A stretch of DNA of 61,883 nucleotides, the filler included, from Choristocarpus tenellus KU-1152 (taxonomy: Eukaryota; Protista; Phaeophyceae), in the NCBI GenBank assembly GCA_964200185.2. It is 7 parts of 7 records of this genome, joined end to end, with 100 filler letters (N's around TTAATTAATTAA, not from the genome) between each part and the next. Parts side by side here need not be neighbours in the genome. Positions count along the whole stretch, not along the records: positions 50,683 to 57,317 come from CAXNAD020007696.1; positions 57,418 to 61,883 come from CAXNAD020014414.1; 5 more parts are not named here. One strand, given 5' to 3'. The position numbers and the translations under genes are program-made. The notes under the pieces were generated by a model that made no database searches, was not told where the DNA came from, and saw only the letters and a program-made list of their open reading frames with translations. Position 1 is the stretch's first letter. Each line of letters begins with the position of its first letter. Positions 51,510 through 61,883 of this stretch are shown here, piece after piece.

Positions 51510-54500
51510 CTCCACAAGAGACAGAGTATCACTGAGCGCCTGCTTTAGGATATCACGGTCCTTCCTGATGCTGTTGGCCTACCATGAAAAACATTATTCA
51601 GCAATAATGGAGAGGCAGGGAGGGTAGAAATTGGCATACACAAGAGATGGAATCAAGAGTAGGGGACATTCAGGGGTGTGTGTGAGTAGGGATGATATGT
51701 GTGCCATGTTGTTGAACCAATTGCATCATGATGTATGAATATCAAGAAGGATTGGAGAGTACGAGATGCGCTCTAGAGGTGGGAGGTCTTCTGTATTGAC
51801 CGTTTAAACAGCTTCCTATCACCATGTACCGATCAGGGCACAACACAAGAGGTTGATATTTCCTCAAGACAAAGAGCAAGGTTCTCGCAAAAAATATCTC
51901 CGCTGCATCATCGCAACGATTCTGTATCCATCCAAAAGACACTCTGGGCATTGATTGAACTTTTTCATCCTTTCATTGCACTGCATCAAGGGGCAGAAAG
52001 AGGTTATATCTCAGGCTTCTCAATGCCTTTCCATAATGCAGTGCGTCTCTAGAACTAATTCCCCTCTCTTGTACAAACACACACACACACACGTACGGTG
52101 TATTTCCCTCAAATACGTAGAGTGTACGCACATCAATCTCAGCAGCAGTGTATGCGTCATTTTTGATCTTGATGTCCTCCTGCAGTTTGTCCACGAAGTC
52201 CATGCAATCCTTCACAATGAATGATGCACGACCAAACAGAGGGTGAATGCGCAATTATGCAAGTCTGTTGAATATATGCAGATCACTCTCTGTGTGTACT
52301 GTACACTAGGCATTATGAGATGGTCATGTGATATGCAACACAATCAGTGTGCTAGATCATGCGGGTACTACCTGACTGCTCACACCTACTACCCTTGTCA
52401 CTGTTATTATCTCTCATAAAGAAATGTGGAAAGGAGAGGGAAGTAGATAGGTACAGAAAGGGAGACAGGTTCCGAAAAAAGAGTATATGCCGAAGTATAT
52501 TCGTTGCACCAACCATTCCATGGTTCAACCTCAATTTCCCTTAGAAAGGAAGGACTGGTGTCCCAACTAGTACTCAGTGATGTCCCTTTCGCAACAGGTA
52601 GACCTGATTCAATATCCATTCTTTCATATACCTGCCACGCCAAGTAAATATCCGAAATGCTGCAACTACTTCTCCTATTCACTATTGCCATGACAGTTGA
52701 AGTGTATGTGCACTCATGGCATTGGTCGTCCTTCGGTCAGTGTTTTCTCAGGCACGTGATTTCACCTACACCTCGTGCTCGTAACTGAAAGGATTACAGA
52801 GGAGAGTCTTGTTAGGGATTGTGGGAACAGCAGTATCCTACCTTCCCAAATTCTTTCCAACCACTCAGCTCCTCCTTGACGCCATCCCGCTCTTTTGTCA
52901 ACAGGATGATCTAGCATTCCACAGTTCAGGTATGGGGTGAACAGAGAGAGTCAAGAACACACATTCAAGGTGAAGAGGGAAGGAATATGTAGTTGGTTTT
53001 ACCTTAAATTACGATCCATTGCTGCTTGGTCATTGCAATGCTACACATGGGGTTGAGGTAAAAGGGACAACCCAGAGTCGAATGGTGTTGGTATAGAGTT
53101 CAGGATGCTGGAAGAGCCAAGAAGCAGCGTATTCATGAAAGGGGGGCGGGGCAACCTCTGTAATAATTGGGGATGTACTGAGCTTCTAGGGCGAGGGGTC
53201 CCAGGATATACCTTAACATACTTCTGAGGTTATATCTTAGGTTCTACAGGATAACGATATATTTCTCAGTCAACCTTCACTCAACTCTGGGGAGACCATG
53301 CTAACAAAACCCCACCTGGTCTTCCACTGATGCAGTTGTGCCAACTGCCTCCCTCAACATGTCCACTCTTTCCACGCATTCCTGGATTGATACACAGTGC
53401 ATGGGATATATCAGGTGAGGCAAGCACACTCTGTGCGTGTTGAGGAAAGTACACATTCCACACCTATGTCGTAGTTACTGCATTTTTTCAATCATTCAAA
53501 GGACTATTCCTGGGAATCTGAAGGAATTACTGATATCTCCACAGTAGCCTGTAATTTGCACAAGGAAGAGGTAGATACAAAAGAGTAGATGTGTATATCT
53601 ATTGTTTCGTACCTTGTTGGACTATTTATGCAGATCACCTGTATAACATAAGACTTTGTGTTATAGCGTTATACTTGAAGTACACCACAGAGCACTGTTC
53701 AGACAGCAGATATTGTGAAGCAAGTGGTATCCTGACAACAAACGATACACAGCAATGTCCCCAGCCATTACTCTGGGCAACAGACATTAAAGACAATAGG
53801 CTCCTAGTGTTACACTGTACAACAGACACAGTGGAGGAAATGAGGTCAAGAGTTGTCCTGAAACAGACATTACGCAGCAAATTTCATGAGTGCTGTCTCG
53901 ACAACGGAAACCATGGGCCAAATTCGATCAACTGTCCTGGGGGACGGAAGGCGTTCCCCACTGGGTTTTTTCTGATGTGAGTACTATTTGAGGTAGAAAA
54001 AGAAACAAAAATAGGGGTTTTACACATATCATACTCCTCAGATATGGAGGTGTGGCATATGAGTAATGAAGGCCGCTGAAAGAGTGCATTTTTGTGCCAC
54101 CCATATACCGGCTCTATTCCTGTACCACTACTGCACGTATTCTTGCTGTAGAAATCCCTTCAAGTTCAACCGGAGCAAACTCCAGTAGTAGGGGGTATTA
54201 AACATGGTTGTGATTGACAACGCAATTCACTCTCCTAACATCAGCAATACCAGTGGCACCAGCAGTGTCACTGAGGCCAATACATCCAGCATACACACTA
54301 AGGAGTGACTACATAGTACATGCTCAAAAACGCTTCTTATGGTCGAGGGGTGCTGATGACGTAAGGGGTTGCCCTTGGATATCTCGGTTATTCTTGGTCA
54401 AAACGACTCTACTCTCGTAGGGTTAGGGTTAGGGTTTCTCGTAATGTCACACAGCACTTCCGAGACCAAACAAATTAATATCCGTCGAAGTATAAATGAG

Positions 54501-55321
54501 ATGCGAAAAAAGACTCAACATAATTAAAAACTGCATAAAACAGGATGCTACTCTTGGATGGTGCGCGTGTTAATCTTTCTTGTCGTTTACCCACTGACAA
54601 TATACTGGCCGTAGAAAAACGTTCCAATACACCTTTCCTTTGATTGCTATCTGCAGCAAATGTCGACCCAAACATAGACAACCTCAAACACAAAATAGAA
54701 TTGAACTATCACTTAGTGGATGGCGAGAAATGATATGCACGTACCTCAGCAAAGTCAAGCACTTCTGTGATTTCCATGCTTAGATTGTCCCGCTCTCTTA
54801 TTAGGTTGATGATCTGATGGCAGGAAAGTCTGTTGGTCAGAAAACAGACCGAAGCTCATATAATTGTACCATTCTCACCGAGGTGAAAATGGAACAGAGA
54901 TGCATTGTTACCTGTCACTGAATTGCAGCGTTGGCTGGCTTTTTTCACAGAGAAGGAGGACTTTGTTATACTCCAGGAATTGCTAAATGTGAGAACTTTT
55001 CAGAATCAACAGTACAAAGATCTCCCACAACAAGCACAACGACATTTTACTGGGCTCATGCTGCCTCGACTTTCAAGTACTCTAGAGTCAGAATTAAGTA
55101 AGTGCAAAATGATGTGCTCACCATGCTAGGGATGTGAATATTACACGATTTTTTGTCTGTATGGTTTCTGCGTATGAACCACTAGTTGGGTCTCTCTTTT
55201 CATTGATGCAGATAAGACGAGCTACCAATTCAGATAAGAGTATCATAATCAGTTTGTCTACAGAATGCACCATTAGGTTACTCCAGAAACTGCCAGGATG
55301 CTGTCCTTTGCACTGGCAGAT
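51510..55321 (-). CDS. Unrecognised multi-exon gene with three internal helical repeats (partial model): candidate exons 55321-55271, 54982-54912, 54829-54745, 53381-53316, 52910-52842, 52631-~52530, 52209-52132, 51578-51510
   Basis: Stop-free AG...GT-bounded segments with compatible phases, and mutually similar exon-encoded peptides. No family recognised; ends and some linking exons are unresolved. Confidence 0.55.
54418..54436 (+). repeat. Short interstitial (TTAGGG)n tract; similar tracts at ~2150, 2395, 3557, 29744 (reverse) and 50276
   Basis: Two to three telomere-type units each, far from any chromosome end. Confidence 0.6.
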
Positions 55322-57055
55322 CTATCACAGAGAATGGGGATGTATGGTAGACAAGCACCCTACTACATGAGCTGAAGAGACGAAAACACCTACCTGGCAA
55401 TTAGTGACAAGTCATTGAACCACCGTTCAATGGACAGCCCATTATACACAGCTCTAAGTTGAAACCCTCAAGAAGCTGTACCTTCTTGTCCCCCTTGAAG
55501 TGCTGTAGAGTCATGGGAGAGGATGAACTGACGCACCCCTGACTTGCATTCTTTGGTGGCACGCTGCTGGTCTCCTCGTCCCTTGCCTTATCCACAGTAT
55601 TGCTTGTGCAAGCTGTAGGGGGTATTGGTGACAAGTTGCCCTCTTCAGAGGATTGGAATACACTCCTGTGTTGCATGAGCTGGGGGGCAACTTTCCTTGA
55701 ATCCGAGAATTGTCATTTAATGGGAAAATATCACCTTGCAATAATAACGATAACAATAATAATAAAATAAGAATCACCCGAGTGAATATATCACTAGCAG
55801 AGATGCTCCAACAAGATATCCTTGTCTTCACTTGATCTTACCCATCCACCCTCCCAGACGTGTCAGTCACCTGTGACTTGGAGCTCTAAGTTCCTCCTAA
55901 GCTGCCCCAGCCTATGCTCCTGTGGCTGGTCATGCCGTGACTTCAGCCTCTGCCCTAGGCCCCGTCCCAGGTTCTGTTTATCGGCCTTGTTCCTCCTGTG
56001 CTGGCGCTCCTGGCTTTTCCTCTGAACAGTGCGGGGAAAACAAATATGTGTTGGAAAAACCGTGCGGTGGAGTCAGCATAACCCTAAGATTTTCAAGTTT
56101 TTTAAAACTATTATTTAAAGAATCTCTCTCCGCACCAGGAAGAATCTACTCTCATTACACCATGTTCATGCACCATCACAATTCTATCCACATAACACCA
56201 ATATTGACCTTGCACGTGATTTTATACATCATCAGGGTAATGTTGATCTCAATGTTAATCTACACCGATATTGGAACAGACTTCAGAAGCACATCGAATT
56301 GGTCATGGCACGATTTGTTATCATGGTCTTGGTGGTGGTTTGTGCTCTGTACCGCACAGTATGTGGGTGCATTCCGGTTACCAAAAAATTAGTTTCGTGT
56401 ACACTAAATTAGACCTTTTTTCTGGTCTAGGCCTCAGTTGGATGGGAAAGGTTCTTGAGTACTGCAAATGCTGTGGCCTCAAACAAGGGGAGTAAGAGAA
56501 ACAGAGTGCATTGATAACAATGCTTGGGAGCTAGATGGTGTTGACGCTATGTGTAATGATTTCTCAGTCTGACCAAGTCACCAGGCAGCCTTGGATACTA
56601 CAGCACTATATACTGCAGATTAGTTGTCTTCACCTCAATGTGCCTCATCTCAACGCCACTCCCTGAGGCTTTGGGTTTGTTGGGGCATATAGGCTGCGGC
56701 TTTTCCTTATGTCCTTTTCGACAAACTGTGCGTTGAGGGATGTACGAGATAGTCAAGGGACAGGGGAGCCACGGGAACTTGATCTGATGCTTGCCCATGT
56801 GTATGGTCATATTTTCAAGTCTCAAGCAGTGGTGGTAGACTCAATAGTTGGCGTGGGGTGAGGAAGGACAACTCCTAGGTCGCTAAGTTATTTTGAAAAA
56901 CGAGATCCCAGTGGTACACAATTATTGACATCGGAATGCATGGGAGCTTTGGGGGATGGTAGATGGGACAGGATGCCTGGCATCATCGTCCTTCCTCCAT
57001 ATAAATGCTGGAATATTGCTTGTTCTTCTTGCTGCTCACTTTGCTGTTACATTTA

Positions 57056-57275
57056 GACTCAAAGTATCTTAGAGGGTAGAGCCGTGTCCGTTTGGGGCCA
57101 AAATTCAAAGTTGCAATTTTGATATAATTTTGGCCGTCATGTTTGATAGGAAGTGTCACTATCCTTGTTCCAGACACACCTTTTCATAACGTATACATTT
57201 TACCTACTCCGAAATATTTTGGAGTAGGAAAATGTCATAAAAAACCCCGTGGGGAGTCAACCCCCAAACGGACAG
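57056..57275. mobile_element. MITE family A copy, degrading toward the contig end
   Basis: GACTCAAAGTATCTTAGAGGGTAGAG... with the shared internal sequence. Confidence 0.8.
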
Positions 57276-57599
57276 ACCCAATTTTTTTAAGGGCCTCATT
57301 GGCTTCCTCAATTTTTGNNNNNNNNNNNNNNNNNNNNNNNNNNNNNNNNNNNNNNNNNNNNTTAATTAATTAANNNNNNNNNNNNNNNNNNNNNNNNNNN
57401 NNNNNNNNNNNNNNNNNCATCCGGATTATGTATGGGATTATGTATTGGTATTTATTCCACATTCCACTACTTTGGTATAACCATTGACTTAGATAGGAAG
57501 CACAAATAAATAATAAACAAGCAATGAGAAGACACCACACAAGGTCACTCTTCCAATTTCAACCTTGTAATCACGTTCAGCAAAGGGGGCCGTGTGAGG

Positions 57600-58670
57600 C
57601 TTCACACCTTCTTATCTTCACTACTAACAAATAGCATTACCTCCCAAGGTAATTTGCACAGATGTGACCTAATATGTTATGCCAGTCCTTTAATGTCAGC
57701 CTCTACCTTTTGTTGGCTCGTGTAGCGCTGGCTGTCGATTCTTGTTCCATGTTGATTATGGTTCCAGTCAAATTTAAGAATCCCCCCGATATTTGTAGGT
57801 TTATCTTGGGCGAATTCTTGGAGGCCCTCAGATAGCTTTCCTTTGTTCCTGAATCCATAAATACTCCTCCATTCCATCGTATACTTCCAGTAGTCCATAT
57901 GTGGCATGGTAGACCTGGAACCCATAGAACATCTTCCAGAACCACTCTTGTTGGTTTGCCGTCCTTGTCCGTCACCATTAGAAATATATCCCCGATTTCC
58001 TTCGCTTCCAATTTCCCATTGTTTCCGAAGGTGCATGTGCGTTTTGTGCCCCGAGTACTTCTGAGATCTTCACGATCAGGTGTAAGATGTACGTTTGCTC
58101 CAGAGTCACATGATATCTCGACTTGTCTTCCACTGGAAGAGTTGAATACCGCACTATTGTTAACTTCCTCGTCTGCTGTGACCTTGAAACTGGAGAAGGA
58201 GCGCGCTTGGTTTCCGTCGACTTTGTTGCTGATCCCCACGAGTTGGAGGTGGCGGAAATGTTCCGGGTGCCATCCCAGGCGGACGTGTTGCCCGGCTTTC
58301 CATTTAAGTATCGGTAGCAATTCTGCCATCGATGGTTCATCCTTAAACAATATCCACATTGGTTTGGTCTGAGGCCACTTCCAGCTGATCCTTTAGTCTT
58401 CCGAGCATGGCCATTCTTCACATTGCCATGCATTGCTAATACTCCATCATGACCATCTTGACCCGAGTGAAGGTAAGTTGTCGACGAGATAACTGCTCGT
58501 TTGAGTTCCTCATAGCTGATGTCCGGGTGTGTTATAAATTGCGCGAACACATGTGGCATGGATTCCTTGATCCCAAGCAGTATAGATATTTTGCACAGCT
58601 ACTGCCGAGCTTTGATGACCAGGATGCGGTATTGAAGACCTCTCAATTGCACCAGACATTCTTTGTGTGT
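57600..58670 (-). mobile_element. Ty1/Copia gag-protease-pre-integrase relic (frameshift and stops)
   Basis: Zinc knuckle CGYCLRMNHRWQNC (CX2CX4HX4C); protease CDSGANVHLT; L.DVLWVPGL; pre-integrase WHNILGH. Confidence 0.9.
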
Positions 58671-59741
58671 AGGTAACAGGGGGAGACTGTTCCAGGTAGA
58701 GAGGAGGAGAGGAAACTCTGCAAGATAGTAGCCACTGTGCTCCAGCAAGCTCCAGGGGGGAAGGCACAGAGGGGTTTTTGTGCGGGGGGGAAAGAACAGG
58801 AGAAGCTCCACCAGCTACCAGTCATGATGCGCCTAGGTAGTAGGGGTGAGCTGTGCCAGGAGACACCTTTGACTGCCTGGGTAGAAAAAGGAAATAGCCT
58901 TGCTCAGCGCAAAACATGTGTAACTTTCTGACTTGTGTAGAAGTTGGAAATTGTACGTGACTAAAAGGAGATGCAAACCTAGTGGTGAAGGCATCACAGG
59001 TCAGGCCATACCAGTCAATCATATTTTGGGTCGCCCTTCCTCTCAGTAGTGGGCGAATGGGTTGAAGAAGGCGAAGAGGGGGCGTCTGTCGATAGGTTAA
59101 ATATAACACAATAGTTGATAGTATGCGCTTGTTGTCATCTCTCATCCATTCTATTCAAGAGTGTTCTCATTTCTAGATCTATTTTATTCAAGAATGTTAT
59201 TGTTGTTTTTGTTCACCTTTAGTCTGAGGATTATCCCACCCTATGGTTAGTGGCACAATACTCTGCACTACTGCTCATAATACATACTGCAACAACTGTT
59301 GTACGATGGCTGATCACACTGCCTCTGTTCATGCCTTGCTTCTTGCGGGTTGGGTTCCACCATCCCATCACTTGTTTCTCTGCCTCTTCCCTCAAACTTT
59401 GTTCTGGATGGGCCTTGACAATGCTCTGTACTGAGGCGTTGCTGTATCGTTTTGGAGTTTCCCGCATTTTCTTGCAGTACAACAACAGAAGGATAGGCGG
59501 AGGGATACAGCCTTTTGCAGTTGCCATGTGGAAAGTAGACAGTCGAAACGAGATTTTCCAGAAAGAAAAAAAGCAAGCTTTGAAGGCAGGCCTAACATTT
59601 CAAACCTCTGAATTTTCAAGTGAATTTAGTCCTCCTAAGGTGGAAGGAAATCGACATATTCTGTGATTAACAGGTTTGTTGCTGGCAAGGAGCACAGACA
59701 AAATTTCGCACAGCAAGAAGCTATAGTTGCGTCAGCTTCCT

Positions 59742-60002
59742 GAGTGAAAGTATCTTAGAGGGTACGAGTTTTGCCTGTTTGTCCGTTTGGGGCTTGGTTT
59801 TCCATGTTATTTTCATGACATTTTCCTACTCCGAAATGTTTGGGAGTAGGTAAAATATATACGTTATTAAAAGGTGTGTCCAGAACAAGGAAGGATATTG
59901 ACACTTTTGAATTGATATGATAAACAAAATTACATCAAAATCGCAACATTGGAGTTTGGCCCCCAAATGGACGTGGCTCTACCCTCTAAGATACTTTGAC
60001 TC
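59742..60002. mobile_element. MITE family A copy with TSD TCCT
   Basis: TCCT|GAGTGAAAGTATCTTAGAGGG...CCCTCTAAGATACTTTGACTC|TCCT. Confidence 0.88.
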
Positions 60003-61883
60003 TCCTACGGATGACGGACACCCATGAAGTGCTTTGCTTTGGTCTCCACATACCTGTCTGGCTCCACCCTCTGCACACCTCTGCACCACATACTTGTTGT
60101 TTGAATCTTCTGTAAGTAAACCCTACTCTTCTAGTGTCCTCATGCATGGAAAATGAATGAACGTATCGTAAAGAAGACAACAGACGCAACAATGGTCTGC
60201 ATTTCTTACACAATAGACCTGTGGATACACCAACAAGAGGTGTAGTGTATTTGAAAATAAGAAACAAGAAAACTACTACTATAACTATAGTTGAAACTGA
60301 TCCTAAACTGACACTATGAAGGCAGTCCAGAAGAAGGGGAAGACTTCCGCGAGTCAGTCACACCCCTTCTAGCCCACCGACCTGGTGTCTCCAGTCAAAA
60401 TGCATAGCACGCCTGGAGATTGCCATTTGCGTAGTGACGGACAATCTTTTGTGCGCGTGCCTTCGCAACTCCGTTCCAACGAAGACTCTATGCCTATATG
60501 TGAATGTATATTGTCCCCTATTAGTATGGATGCTTGTACCGGCTTGAACGTCATTTTATTTTTATGGTTTGCAGGCTTGCTGATGTGACTTGGATACTGC
60601 TTGACATGGGCCCAACTTAATTTCAGGGATTAGCTTTTATGAATATGAGCCCAAAGCCTTTTATGACTACAGTGGGCTGGAAGGATATCGCAGGAGGTCC
60701 CTCCGTATGGCTCAACAGAGGTTGGCTCGTTGCAGAGGGCGGGGAACGGGAGACCTCCCACATCTCACGTGAAGCTCTACCAAGGGATTTGTGGAGTATG
60801 CTCCACCTCATTTCCTTTTAATCGCTGGTTGCTGTCCTCCATAGGCCGTACCGCTGTTCCTGAACATTAATTGCTTCTTTAGTACCATGGCACAGAATGT
60901 TTCCCGTTATACTACTGCCTATGCCATCCTTGCAGCGGGCAATACAACCTTCTCGTCTGAGTTCTTGATCTCCCTCCTTACAGAGATCTCACTTTCCGTG
61001 TTGAGGGACCACCATAATTTGTGTAAGCATGAGAGTTGAATCAACAAAGTCAATTTAATACTAAATGCAATTATTAGCATCTTTCATGAAGTTTACTTAT
61101 ATTTTACCATAACACAGAAAACAAATAACCTAACTTGTATCATCAATCAATATTTGTTTTCTATATTATTCTACCTTTAACTCGTAAGAAAATAGGTATC
61201 TGTTTTGTTTGGTTGTTCTGGTTGTTGTCCGAGTTTTGATTATTTCGAATTCATGTTCCGTCTTGTGTAACCACGAAACACTGTACCAATAAGAGGGCTG
61301 AAATCTATCTGTTGGTTGGTGTATGGCAACACCTTGCTTTCCTGTTAAGCAATATAATATAGACTCTCCTGTTATTGTCTTGTACATCACATTATTATGC
61401 CCCTTGACATTTTACAGATGTGCCAGGGGGAAAGCTAACGAAAACTATTCACACGTCTGATAAATCCCTAAAGAAGTAGCGGTTGTCACAAAAGTGGAAA
61501 ATGTTGATATATTTCCTATTTTACTACTCTAACTTGTACTGCTGACTTCCTGTGTCTCAAACCTATTCCTGGACGGAACCATCCTGTTTGTTGCATTATC
61601 TGCCTCACATGTTTACCTCTATACTATATATTATTATTATGCCCTCTGACAGGTCGCAGATGTGTCAGGGGGAAAGCAAAAGAAAACTATACATATGTCA
61701 GTATAAGCCCTAAAGAAATAAAATATCACAAATGTGAACAACACTGTGTGAAAAACACTAGTCTATCAGTTTCTTCACTACTATCCATATTCTACTGCTG
61801 CCTTCCTCTGCTTTCTATCTACCTACTCCTGCGCCCCGGGGGGGGGAGCTAGGGAGGCATCCCAACAATCCAACAAACACCTC

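Noticed and set aside
58680-61020. Possible minus-strand exons upstream of the Copia relic
   Set aside because: Most frames contain stops and no family was recognised; cannot be supported without transcript data.

Overview
Eukaryotic, intron-rich genomic DNA, most likely from a photosynthetic stramenopile (brown alga or relative). This is inferred from bipartite signal+ASAFAP-like plastid presequences, short exons in long introns and TTAGGG tracts. The window is seven contigs joined by artificial 100-nt linkers (N44-TTAATTAATTAA-N44), so adjacency across linkers is not biological. Spliced genes reconstructed by hand: four FAT-region exons of TOR; a USP7-like deubiquitinase core; a plastid-targeted Asp/Asn beta-hydroxylase-family 2OG-Fe(II) dioxygenase head-to-head with a plastid-targeted uroporphyrinogen decarboxylase carrying substitutions at two conserved active-site positions; a plastid-targeted glutathionyl-hydroquinone reductase; a UPF0187/bestrophin-like channel with a repetitive tail; and an unrecognised minus-strand gene built from exon-bounded repeats. 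Mobile DNA: Copia and Gypsy relics, a DD39D-type mariner transposase interrupted by MITEs, two related MITE families with 4-bp TSDs, a foldback element nested in a MITE, and an unclassified dispersed repeat. No rRNA, tRNA or CRISPR array was recognised. All gene models come from manual reading, without alignment or RNA data.
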